From positions 488 through 64,487 of the forward strand of contig JBGVQK010000086.1 in assembly GCA_045127455.1 (NCBI GenBank): DNA of 64,000 nt. Reading direction: 5' to 3'. This DNA comes from Eubacteriales bacterium (GTDB lineage: Bacteria > Bacillota > Clostridia > Oscillospirales > CAG-272). The number at the start of each line of letters is the position of its first letter. Position 1 is the stretch's first letter. The position numbers and the translations under genes are program-made. Under the pieces are notes generated by a model. The model searched no databases, had not been told where the DNA came from, and worked only from the letters and a program-made list of their open reading frames with translations. Below, one piece after another: positions 24,801 to 33,721 of the stretch.

Positions 24801-27473
24801 TTATTTTACAAGTGCGTCATTCACGTAAACGTGGATGCCCAAGCTTTCAACGGTAAAGTTGCCGCTAACGTGTGCAAAGGGCTCGCTGCCTGCTTTTTCT
24901 GCATTTGCGATCAGGTTCCATTCACCTGTAAGCGCGTAGGGAATGTCAGTGCGATTGGGGTTGATGATGACAACCGCTTCCCCACCGTTGCCATCCTGCA
25001 TTCTGAGAACGACTGCACCACCGGTGAGCTCGGTAGACTCGATTGCTACGTTGGACGTGAAAATGCTGTAAGACTTGCGCATTTCGATCAAGCCCTTGTA
25101 GTAGAGCATGGTCTCATACTCGCTGTTGCCCTCTTTGAGAACAGACCAATCAATGTTGTTGATAGCATCGCTGGACTTATAGCTGTTTTCGTCACCGTCC
25201 TTGGTACGCAGCATTTCCTCACCTGCTTGCCAGAAAGGAGTGCCCTGCGAGATCATCAAAATAGCTGCCCCCAGCTTGTTCATACGGTTGCGGATATCCT
25301 CACTATCGTTGGGATTGGAGAGCAAAAGCTTATCCCACAGAGTATTGTTATCGTGAGCACTCATATAGTTGATAACCATATTGTTCTTTACGAACCAGCC
25401 TGCACTAAAGCCTTCGCCACCGCGAATACCAAACAAAACCTTTTCAAGATTTTGTCTGCCCGCGCCACTGATATATCCTTGAGAGGTTGCATCGAACACA
25501 CTACCCTTCAGACCGTCGCGGATTGCATCGTTGAATACGGCAATGCCGCCAATCGCATTGTTAGAGGGTACGATCTCGGAAATATTGCTTTGGTTTGCTT
25601 GCTTGCTGCCGTCAATGGTGGCGCCCATCGTCCAGCCTTCACCGTAGATCAGGGCTTGGGGATTGATGGTGTGAACTGCGGTTTCAACCTCTTGCATGGT
25701 TCCAAGGTCGTGCAGACCCATCAGGTCAAAGCGCAAGCCGTCAAGCTTGTATTCCTTCGTCCAATAAGCGGTAGACTCTACCATAAACTTGCCGTACATA
25801 TAGCGCTCGGAAGCGGTATCGTTTCCGCATCCGCTTGCGGAGCTGTTTGCACCCGTAGCGGTGTATCTGTAGTAGTAATAAGGAACGATGCGGTTAAAGG
25901 AGCTGTTTGCATCATAGGTGTGGTTGTATACAACATCCATTACAACGCCGATGCCTGCGGCGTGCAGAGCCTGCACCATTTGCTTGTATTCCTTGATACG
26001 AACTGCACCGTTGAAGGGGTCGGTGGAGTAGCTGCCCTCGGGAACGTTATAGTTTTTGGGATCGTAGCCCCAGTTGAACTCGGAATCGGGATTGCTTTCG
26101 TCAACGGTTGCATAGTCGTATACGGGCAACAGATGAACGTGAGTAATGCCGAGCTGCTTGAGGTAGTCAACGCCTACGGGTTGACCGTGCTCGTTGACAA
26201 GACCTGTCTCGGTGAATGCAAGATATTTGCCCTTGTATTGGGAGGAAGCGATCTTGTTGGAGAAGTCTCTTACGTGTACTTCCCAGATGATTGCCTCGGA
26301 GTAGGAGGAAAGGTTGCTGTTCAGACCTGCTGTGTCCCAACCGTCGGGATTGGTGAGAGAGAGATCAACGACCATACCTCTGTTGCCGTTTACGCCCGCT
26401 GCTTTTGCATAGGGGTCAACAGCCTCTTGGGTTCCAACGGAGGTGGTAACGGTGTAGGTGTAATATGTACCGTGTCCGCACTCTTCGGTGTGAGACCATA
26501 CGCCCTTTTCGCCCTTGACCATTTCAACGGTCTTGTAGGCTTCTACGTCGTGCCCTGCCTCAAAGAGATTAAGCAGCACTTTGGATGCGGTGGGCGCCCA
26601 TACCTTGAAGGTGGTGTTATTGCCGTTGATATATGCACCGAGATCATCACCGTCATAGTGGAAATTCTCGGCAAAATAGTCGCTATCAAAAATATCGGTG
26701 GGAACGGCGATCTTAGAGCCAAATCCCTCGATCTCAACGCGATAGTTTTTGGAAAGATCCAACGTCTCTCCAAGCTCAATATAACCGGTAGACGCTTGTT
26801 TACCAAGTGCGGAAAGTCTGGTGATCTCAACCTCTCTGTCACCCTCGTATACCTTTACCTGACTCATATCGGAGATAAGCGTTTTGGGTGTGAGGAAGTA
26901 TCTGATTTTTGCTTGGTCTACAATACCTGCCAGAGAAAACTTCTTTATCATTTCGAGTGTTTGTCCTCCGTCATCACTTTTGAACTGATCGCCAACGCCG
27001 GGCTTGAGGTAGATAACCGTTTCTCTGCCATCCAGAATTACAAAGCGGTCTTGCTCAAAGTCCTTGGTTGCGCTGCCCCAAGAGCTGCCACCGGGCTCGG
27101 AGCAATCGCGGCGAACGATAAATCCAACCTCGCTGATGCCTTCGGGAACGTTAATAACCACTTTTGCACCGTAATTGCACTCGTGGAAAAGGTAGCCCTT
27201 GCCTGCTACGTCACCCCACCAGATCCAAACGTCACAGTTTTCGTACGCGGCGGACTTATGCGTCCAATAAATGGTGAGCTGATTATAGCCATCCTCAAGC
27301 GGCAGACGGTATTCGTCTTCCGGCATTACGTAAGGGGGCTTTGGTGTGTTATCCGGAGTGGTTTCGGGAGTGGTTTCATTGGGGTCTTGCTTATTGTGGC
27401 AGGATGTAAGTGCTACGGAGAGCATCATAACAAGCACCAGCAATAAGGAAAGAACGCGGAATGATGTTTTCAT
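24801..27473 (-). CDS. type I pullulanase (GH13) lipoprotein with N-terminal carbohydrate-binding modules
   Basis: Lipobox ALTSC. Pullulanase signature YNWGYDPKNYNVPEGSYSTDP, plus VVMDVVYNHT, LDGLRFDLMG, YGEGW, YMSAHDN. Confidence 0.92.
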   Translation of the reverse strand: MKTSFRVLSLLLVLVMMLSVALTSCHNKQDPNETTPETTPDNTPKPPYVMPEDEYRLPLEDGYNQLTIYWTHKSAAYENCDVWIWWGDVAGKGYLFHECNYGAKVVINVPEGISEVGFIVRRDCSEPGGSSWGSATKDFEQDRFVILDGRETVIYLKPGVGDQFKSDDGGQTLEMIKKFSLAGIVDQAKIRYFLTPKTLISDMSQVKVYEGDREVEITRLSALGKQASTGYIELGETLDLSKNYRVEIEGFGSKIAVPTDIFDSDYFAENFHYDGDDLGAYINGNNTTFKVWAPTASKVLLNLFEAGHDVEAYKTVEMVKGEKGVWSHTEECGHGTYYTYTVTTSVGTQEAVDPYAKAAGVNGNRGMVVDLSLTNPDGWDTAGLNSNLSSYSEAIIWEVHVRDFSNKIASSQYKGKYLAFTETGLVNEHGQPVGVDYLKQLGITHVHLLPVYDYATVDESNPDSEFNWGYDPKNYNVPEGSYSTDPFNGAVRIKEYKQMVQALHAAGIGVVMDVVYNHTYDANSSFNRIVPYYYYRYTATGANSSASGCGNDTASERYMYGKFMVESTAYWTKEYKLDGLRFDLMGLHDLGTMQEVETAVHTINPQALIYGEGWTMGATIDGSKQANQSNISEIVPSNNAIGGIAVFNDAIRDGLKGSVFDATSQGYISGAGRQNLEKVLFGIRGGEGFSAGWFVKNNMVINYMSAHDNNTLWDKLLLSNPNDSEDIRNRMNKLGAAILMISQGTPFWQAGEEMLRTKDGDENSYKSSDAINNIDWSVLKEGNSEYETMLYYKGLIEMRKSYSIFTSNVAIESTELTGGAVVLRMQDGNGGEAVVIINPNRTDIPYALTGEWNLIANAEKAGSEPFAHVSGNFTVESLGIHVYVNDALVK

Positions 27474-27556
27474 TGTCTTTTCTCCTTTTGTTTTGATTCA
27501 CTACGCACACATGAAAAGAGCGGTGGTGTTCCCTCTTTTTGTCGGCGTCCTGCTAT

Positions 27557-27585
27557 ATTATACTATGTTATAGTATAATTTTCAA
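27557..27585 (-). promoter_or_regulatory. sigma-A promoter upstream of the pullulanase gene
   Basis: The minus strand reads TTGAAA (27580-27585), 17 nt, TATAAT (27557-27562). Confidence 0.6.
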
Positions 27586-27698
27586 GCGATTTTTGAAAAA
27601 TATTTCAATTTTTCACACTTTTTTATATCGCTTTTGGTGAATTTGACCAATTTTGTTTTATAAAATGCAACAAAATGCCTATTGGAAAAATTATAAAA

Positions 27699-27729
27699 AA
27701 GAGCCCCGCGTAAAAAACGCAGGGCTCTT
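27699..27729 (-). terminator. terminator after the 27735 gene
   Basis: aagagccccgcg / cgcagggctctt stem followed on the minus strand by TTTTTTATAATTTTT. Confidence 0.75.
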
Positions 27730-27734
27730 GAGGA

Positions 27735-28520
27735 TCAAAACCAATATTCGTTCATTTGGGAAATGATCTCTTCATCCACAGTTTCTCCGACGCTGTCGGG
27801 AATTATAGCATCAATATCGCATTTGGGGCACAGTGCCGTTTCTCCGTTATCAATAAAGGTCTTGATTTCGTCACGTCTGATGCAGCTTTTGCAATAAAAG
27901 CAATAGCATTTATCGGCGGTGTCGATCAACTTTTTGTTGTGGGAGGAATACGCGTGCAGACGATTGAGTTGAGATTTTTTTTCGTAAGAGTATGTATAAT
28001 TTCGTTTCAACCTATAATTGCCCTTATGTCTTCTTATAGAAGCAATTACCGAGGCTGCTGCAATTACAGCAAACAAAAGAAACGTATTTGCACAATCGCG
28101 TGGAGTTTGATCAGCTTTTAGCGAACAGAAAAGAATCGCGGAAACAAAACAAACTATAATTGAAATGCATATATTCCGCCAAAGAACTCTTTTGGTATTT
28201 CCTTTCTTGCATTCTTGGTAGTATTCCCTGATATCTTCTTTGGAAAGAATCGGCTGACCGCACTTTTTTTGAATTCGCTCGATGATGCATTGCTCATCAA
28301 AAGCAATTCTTGCCCCACAAGACGGGCATTTGAATCTATAATCATATACGTCAACATCGCGCCTCGGAAATTCTCCATAATCGTGATATTGATAGTAATC
28401 CTTATCGTCTTTTGTGACCACTCTGTGGGTTCTTTCTTTTTCAAGCTTTGCACCGCACTTCGAGCAATAATATCTCTTGAATACCATTCCAAAAGGAATG
28501 GAGTAGCTTTTGGTTTTCAA
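27735..28520 (-). CDS. hypothetical membrane protein with N- and C-terminal zinc-ribbon motifs
   Basis: CSKC...CPSC, two TM segments, then CFYCKSC...CPKC. Start TTG 28520 follows GAGGAG-N7. ATG 28487 is the alternative. AT-rich. Confidence 0.55.
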   Translation of the reverse strand: MKTKSYSIPFGMVFKRYYCSKCGAKLEKERTHRVVTKDDKDYYQYHDYGEFPRRDVDVYDYRFKCPSCGARIAFDEQCIIERIQKKCGQPILSKEDIREYYQECKKGNTKRVLWRNICISIIVCFVSAILFCSLKADQTPRDCANTFLLFAVIAAASVIASIRRHKGNYRLKRNYTYSYEKKSQLNRLHAYSSHNKKLIDTADKCYCFYCKSCIRRDEIKTFIDNGETALCPKCDIDAIIPDSVGETVDEEIISQMNEYWF

Positions 28521-28570
28521 AATAAGTCTCCTCAATTTTTAATAGTTTTGCCTTAATAGCCACTCTTTGA

Positions 28571-29632
28571 CTATTTGATGCGATCGGGCTTGAAGCACAT
28601 TTGCTCCCACATTGCAGGAGCTTCGATGCGCTCAATAATCTCGTCGCCGTCAAATCTTTCAAGCAGAACCGTTCCGCCCATGCGGTGATAAGAGCCGCGG
28701 AAGCCAAGCAAATAGAACATAATAGCAAGCGGACGCCCTACAATATCGGTCATCACTTGTCTTTCCACTTCTTCGTCTCCTTTTTTATAGGTGATGCGGT
28801 AGTGAATGCCGTTTTCTTTTTCGTTATAATCGTAAATCAACGTTTTTGCAACGTGACGCTTGGTGTAAGGGTCTTTAACGAAATCTTTTTCTTCGTATTT
28901 GAGATACTTGAAAGCATCACCTGTTAATATTTTTCCATCCTTTGCAAGCATAAAGATGGGAACTGTCTTGTAGCCATCCTTTTTGTTGGCATATATGTAA
29001 GAAGAGACGACAACGTAGTCACCGATCTTAGCTCTACCCCAATACCAATCGTTCATCAAAAGGATCATAAGCTTGTTGCCAAAATTGTGGTCGTGATAAC
29101 CCGTGCCACAAAGCTCGATGCTCTCATCCTTCATTTTCAGCATTCCGTTCATTTTTCCCTCGGGAACGGACGGAAGCCATGCAAAATAGTCTTTTTTGCC
29201 AAAGTAAATATGCCCCGACTCGGGACGCCAAGAAGGAACACTCGCATCCAAGGTCAGCTTACACTCGGCATCCTCGTTTTTGAAATAGATATCGTAGTGG
29301 GATAGATCGCCCTTGACATAGCAATCTCCAATTCTTACGTCGCAGCCATCTTTGGAAAAAGAATAATCATCCGACCAAAGCTCGGTGCGAAGCTCTTTGC
29401 CGTTGGGATTGATATAATTAAGGGATACGAAGGGCTTGAATTTTTTGGCAAAGGATGTGACGTGCTTGGTATAAAAAACGATAACCAAGCTCGAGCCGTC
29501 GGCATATTTCGAGTCAAAATACCACCACTCGTAGCTGCCCGCTCTCTCTTCGGTGCGAAGTCCATCCTCAAATTTTTGAACTTTTTCGGTAAGTCCCAAT
29601 TCTTGGGGCTTCAATAGCTTTACTGTGCTCAT
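28571..29632 (-). CDS. hypothetical protein, AttH/CrtC (hydroxyneurosporene synthase)-like lipocalin-type fold suspected
   Basis: YEWWYFDS near the N-terminus and GYHDHNFG, as in AttH/CrtC-like proteins. RBS GGAG-N7-ATG. The assignment is from memory of the family only. Confidence 0.5.
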   Translation of the reverse strand: MSTVKLLKPQELGLTEKVQKFEDGLRTEERAGSYEWWYFDSKYADGSSLVIVFYTKHVTSFAKKFKPFVSLNYINPNGKELRTELWSDDYSFSKDGCDVRIGDCYVKGDLSHYDIYFKNEDAECKLTLDASVPSWRPESGHIYFGKKDYFAWLPSVPEGKMNGMLKMKDESIELCGTGYHDHNFGNKLMILLMNDWYWGRAKIGDYVVVSSYIYANKKDGYKTVPIFMLAKDGKILTGDAFKYLKYEEKDFVKDPYTKRHVAKTLIYDYNEKENGIHYRITYKKGDEEVERQVMTDIVGRPLAIMFYLLGFRGSYHRMGGTVLLERFDGDEIIERIEAPAMWEQMCFKPDRIK

Positions 29633-29647
29633 AATTTTCTCCGTAAA

Positions 29648-30163
29648 TTATTTTTTCGCTTCATACCAGAAGTCTAACGTGTCATCTTTTTTGAGTGTGG
29701 GATTATGCTTTAAAATTGTTTCAAACAGCAAAAGAAGGTCACACTCGGAAAAGTTATCAATCGGTTTTGTGGAGAAAGAAACAAGAACGGTTTTCTTTTT
29801 TTCACATTGTGCGACCAACATTCCCGACTTGGAGAATCCGTACGCCGAAACAATTGTTCCCCTTAACCACGTAACGTTTTTCAACTCGTATATTTTATTT
29901 TTCGTTTGTATGTATACGACTCCGTCATTTACCCAATATGCTCCCTCTCTTACAAACCATTTAAGCTTTTGCGCGCATTGGTAGTAAGCAAACAAGAGGA
30001 TAAGCATACTAATGACACAAATTGCGCCATACCAAAAATTTGCTTCCTCGATTTTCATCCATTTAGCAATTAAGAGTTGAATGGGAATTGCAATAAAAAG
30101 CATAACACCCGAGAGAAGAATTTTTAAATACCATCTTTGATATGTAAACGGTGTTTTTTCCAC
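29648..30163 (-). CDS. hypothetical membrane protein (two TM + small soluble domain)
   Basis: GTG start after GGAGGAG-N5. Hydrophobic segments ILLSGVMLFIAIPIQLLI and GAICVISMLILLFAYY. Confidence 0.55.
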   Translation of the reverse strand: MEKTPFTYQRWYLKILLSGVMLFIAIPIQLLIAKWMKIEEANFWYGAICVISMLILLFAYYQCAQKLKWFVREGAYWVNDGVVYIQTKNKIYELKNVTWLRGTIVSAYGFSKSGMLVAQCEKKKTVLVSFSTKPIDNFSECDLLLLFETILKHNPTLKKDDTLDFWYEAKK

Positions 30164-30297
30164 TTAGACTCCTCCGTAAAAAAACAAAAAATCTATTGCT
30201 TAAATCATAACACAAAACGCGAGAAAAGTCAACCCAATCACCATTTTTCCCGTGGTGCATAGAATGATATGGAACAAACATGACAGAGGAGGGACTT

Positions 30298-30726
30298 ATG
30301 AACCAAGAAATGCCTATGGAAAGCGAGGGTTATCTCGTTGTGCACGTTACAACTGCGCGCGGCTCGATTCCCGTAGAGGGGGCGGCGGTGAGCATTCGGG
30401 CAAACGAGGATGCCGAAACCGCTCCAAATGCCGATATTTTGTATGCAACTGTCACCAACCGCGACGGCAACACCGAGCGTATTACGCTCTCCGCTCCCCC
30501 GCGCGAAAATTCGATGTCACCCAGCGAAGTACCGCCTTTTTCGACCTATCATCTTGAGGTGCGCCGCGAGGGATACGGGATGCAAAGCTTTGTTGCACTC
30601 CCGATCTTCTCCGGCATTACGGCAATTCAGCCCGTAGACCTCATACCGCTCCCCGAGGATGGAACATCCAATTTGCTCCGCCCCGCGGATGAGCGCTTTT
30701 TTGAAAATTCCCCCGCCGACCTCTAA
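30298..30726 (+). CDS. carboxypeptidase-regulatory-like (prealbumin-fold) domain protein
   Basis: GYLVVHVTTARGSIPVEGAAVSI...TNRDGNTERITL...YHLEVRREGY pattern. Start after GGAGGG. Confidence 0.55.
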   Translation: MNQEMPMESEGYLVVHVTTARGSIPVEGAAVSIRANEDAETAPNADILYATVTNRDGNTERITLSAPPRENSMSPSEVPPFSTYHLEVRREGYGMQSFVALPIFSGITAIQPVDLIPLPEDGTSNLLRPADERFFENSPADL

Positions 30727-30747
30727 TTTTTGGAATGGAGATATTTT

Positions 30748-32145
30748 ATGCCTCAAGTACCTTTTATTCCCGAAACTATTACCGTGCATCTCGGCCCGCC
30801 CGATTCCAATGCCGAGAATGTGACGATCCCCTTTCTTGATTACATCGCCAACGTGGCGTCGAGTGAAATTTACCCCACGTGGCCCGAAAATGCCATTCGT
30901 GCCAACATTTACGCGCAGGTCTCTTTTGCACTCAATCGCGTTTACACCGAATATTACCGCACGCGCGGATACAATTTTGACATTACCAACTTTACGGGAA
31001 CCGATCAATCCTATGTAAACGGACGCGTTGTTTTTGAGAACGTGCGCGAGCTTGCAGGCGAGCTTTTTAACGACTACATCCGCCGTTCGGGGAGTGTTGC
31101 GCCCTTGTTTGCCTCCTATTGCAACGGTACGACCGTGACCTGCCCCGGGCTTTCGCAATGGGGTACGGTGGAGCTTGCCGAGCAGGGCTTAACGCCTTTT
31201 GAGATCCTCACCTACTACTATGGCGACAACATTGAGCTAGTTCGCAACGCCCCTGTGATGGGAAGCACCGAGAGCGCACCGCTCTACCCCTTGCAGCTTG
31301 GTTCAACCGGTGACGACGTGCGTACGGCTCAGCTGCGACTCAATCGCATTTCAAAGAATTTCCCCTCTATACCCAAAATTTTAGCGGTTGACGGCATTTT
31401 TGCCGAGGACACCGATGCGGCTGTACGACGCTTTCAAGAGGTATTCAACCTCACACCCGACGGCATTATTGGAAAGAACACGTGGTACACCATTCAAAAC
31501 ATCTATATTGGTGTTAAAAGGCTCAACGACCTAAATGCCGAGGGGATTTCTCTCTCGGACGTCACACGGCAATACCCCGGCTCGTTGCAGGTAGGAAGTG
31601 TGGGGGACGGTGTGCGAAATTTGCAATATTTTATCGCTTACGTATCGCAATTTTACGACACGATCCCTGCCGTTCCCATTGACGGTGTATTCGGCGAAGC
31701 TACGCGCGCGGCGGTCGAGGATGTGCAACGCACGTTTGGTCTTGAGCCCGACGGCATCGTGGGTGAGCGTACTTGGTATGCCTTAATAAATGCGTATCTT
31801 GGTGCGATTGCGACCATTCCGCGCGAGTACGTCGAGGGCGTTGCCGTCCCTTATGGGGGCATTCCTTTACGCATCGGGTCGGATTCGGATTCGGTGCGGC
31901 TTTTGCAGGAATACCTCAATTACATTGCGCGTTCTTATCCCGAGATTCCAACGGTTGAGGTGACGGGATATTTCGGTCCACGCACGCAAGAGGCGGTGCT
32001 TGCGTTTCAGCGGCGGTTTGATCTTGTGGCAAACGGCGTGGTAGCCTCGACCACGTGGAACGAGATCATTTCTCTTTATGAGGCGCTTTATCAAGGCAAC
32101 CGCTTGCAGGATGGGCAATACCCAGGCTTTGACGTAGGCGCATAA
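30748..32145 (+). CDS. SpoIID/LytB-like domain protein with three peptidoglycan-binding (PG_binding_1) repeats; SleC-like cortex-lytic enzyme candidate
   Basis: N-terminal FLDYIANVASSEIYPTWPENAIRANIYAQVSFALNRVY. Repeats of the form GD.V..LQ..LN.I...YP.IP....DGIFG..T..AV..FQ..F.L..DGI.G..TW. Confidence 0.65.
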   Translation: MPQVPFIPETITVHLGPPDSNAENVTIPFLDYIANVASSEIYPTWPENAIRANIYAQVSFALNRVYTEYYRTRGYNFDITNFTGTDQSYVNGRVVFENVRELAGELFNDYIRRSGSVAPLFASYCNGTTVTCPGLSQWGTVELAEQGLTPFEILTYYYGDNIELVRNAPVMGSTESAPLYPLQLGSTGDDVRTAQLRLNRISKNFPSIPKILAVDGIFAEDTDAAVRRFQEVFNLTPDGIIGKNTWYTIQNIYIGVKRLNDLNAEGISLSDVTRQYPGSLQVGSVGDGVRNLQYFIAYVSQFYDTIPAVPIDGVFGEATRAAVEDVQRTFGLEPDGIVGERTWYALINAYLGAIATIPREYVEGVAVPYGGIPLRIGSDSDSVRLLQEYLNYIARSYPEIPTVEVTGYFGPRTQEAVLAFQRRFDLVANGVVASTTWNEIISLYEALYQGNRLQDGQYPGFDVGA

Positions 32146-32161
32146 GAAAGTGAGGTTTGTT

Positions 32162-32689
32162 ATGCCAAGATATGAAAATGAAGCACAAGCTATCCTAAAT
32201 TTACAACGCTATTTGCGGCAGCTTTCCTATCACTACCCCGAAATTACTGCACCGCCCATCGACGGCATTTTTGAAAGTGACACCGAGAGGTCGTTGCGAG
32301 AGTTTCAAGCCCTGCGGGGCTTACCCGTAACGGGGCGCGCCGACCGTCGCACATGGGAGGAGCTTTATGCCCTTTACCGCGCCTCGGTCGCCGAAAACGA
32401 GCCCCCGAGAACGGTTGCAATACTCCCCTTTGTGGCAGGTGAAATATTACTCTCCGAGGGAGATGAGGGATTTACCATCAACGTGTTGCAATTTATGCTC
32501 CGCGAGCTTGGTGAGAGCCTGATCGAGCTTGAAGAAGTGGAGATCAGCGGCATATTTGATGCCAAAACGGCACGCGCGGTGCGGCTGTTCAGAGAGCAAA
32601 ACGGTCTTGCAGAGGGTGAGACCGTCGACCTTGTTACTTGGAACACCTTGGTGGATCGGTTTAATCGGTTGGGGATTGAGAATGTATAA
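32162..32689 (+). CDS. peptidoglycan-binding domain protein (two PG_binding_1 repeats)
   Basis: LQRYLRQLSYHYPEITAPPIDGIFESDTERSLREFQALRGLPVTGRADRRTWEEL and a second repeat. ATG follows GTGAGG-N6. Confidence 0.7.
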   Translation: MPRYENEAQAILNLQRYLRQLSYHYPEITAPPIDGIFESDTERSLREFQALRGLPVTGRADRRTWEELYALYRASVAENEPPRTVAILPFVAGEILLSEGDEGFTINVLQFMLRELGESLIELEEVEISGIFDAKTARAVRLFREQNGLAEGETVDLVTWNTLVDRFNRLGIENV

Positions 32690-32693
32690 CAAA

Positions 32694-32720
32694 AGAACGG
32701 CGAGTTTAGCTCGCCGTTCT
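32694..32720. terminator. bidirectional terminator
   Basis: agaacggcgag-ttta-gctcgccgttct hairpin between convergent genes. Confidence 0.7.
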
Positions 32721-32738
32721 GTGTTTAAGGGTTATTCT

Positions 32739-33614
32739 TTATTCGACCTTGTATATTTCATATTTTACATCATCCGGATTGGATTTATCTGTTACACGAC
32801 AGTGGTACAGTTCGCCGGTTTCTTCGTTTATATACACTTGAACCGCTTTTCTGTCCTTAACGTCAGTACCGTAAAATTTCAACGGTTTTCCATCGACAAA
32901 AGGAAATGTAATTCCCCAGCCAAAGCTACGCCACATCTTTTTTGCAACGAATATTTCTTTGCATCGTTCATTACGCCATTTGGTCAATTCTTTGCCTGTT
33001 AGATTCTCGGGGGAGTTTTTAATAACATTCTCGATGATGTATTTTTCGGTGTTAGGATTGACAAATCTTAAATCAATATTGCATTTATAAGTAAGGTAAT
33101 AATAATCCGACAAAAGCCAATCGTGCCCTCTAAATGATGCCAATTCCGGATGCCCTATTTTCTCGGCGGAATCCTTATACAATCGAATTTGATGTCCATA
33201 AGCAATTTTACAATACAATTCATTATAATGCTCGATACCACTCATATAGTTTGTCTCGAAGTGCTTGATGTTGTCATTGTATAATCTATCTATCGTTTTT
33301 TCAAAGTCATTTACATCTATGTCGCAAAAATCCCAACGATAGCCATTTGGTGTATTGTAAAGCAATTTGTTGGCTGTATGGTTATCTATCAACAAATCAT
33401 CCTTTAGGATGCTTTTTGTGATTTTGCTGATTTCGGGATGGCACTCTTTAATGATGATACTTAAATACATTTCAGCACAACCGCGATAATTTGTTTGTTC
33501 TAATATGATGATTGAATCTTCTAACTCCAGATAGAATAACTTGGAACCATAGTTTTTGAAATTATATTTTTTCAAAGAATGAATCAATAATTCACCTAAC
33601 ATTTCTTTTTCCAT
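32739..33614 (-). CDS. hypothetical cytoplasmic protein (AT-rich orphan, 291 aa)
   Basis: ATG 33614 after GGAGGTAATT (the track ORF starts 17 codons earlier). The N-terminus resembles DUF4304-type small domains (KKYNFKNYGSKLFYLELEDSIIILEQ), from memory only. Confidence 0.55.
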   Translation of the reverse strand: MEKEMLGELLIHSLKKYNFKNYGSKLFYLELEDSIIILEQTNYRGCAEMYLSIIIKECHPEISKITKSILKDDLLIDNHTANKLLYNTPNGYRWDFCDIDVNDFEKTIDRLYNDNIKHFETNYMSGIEHYNELYCKIAYGHQIRLYKDSAEKIGHPELASFRGHDWLLSDYYYLTYKCNIDLRFVNPNTEKYIIENVIKNSPENLTGKELTKWRNERCKEIFVAKKMWRSFGWGITFPFVDGKPLKFYGTDVKDRKAVQVYINEETGELYHCRVTDKSNPDDVKYEIYKVE

Positions 33615-33721
33615 AATTACCTCCAGCTGTACAATTGTTTTTGATTTTCGGCGGGAGGCAAGCATACTTCGCTTCGCTACATGGCAAATTTGCTTCGCAA
33701 AATTACCCCCGCCCTACTTTG

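Noticed and set aside
24783-27446. 887-aa plus-strand ORF
   Set aside because: It is antisense to the pullulanase gene in the same codon phase. The pullulanase frame carries all GH13 signatures; this frame carries none.
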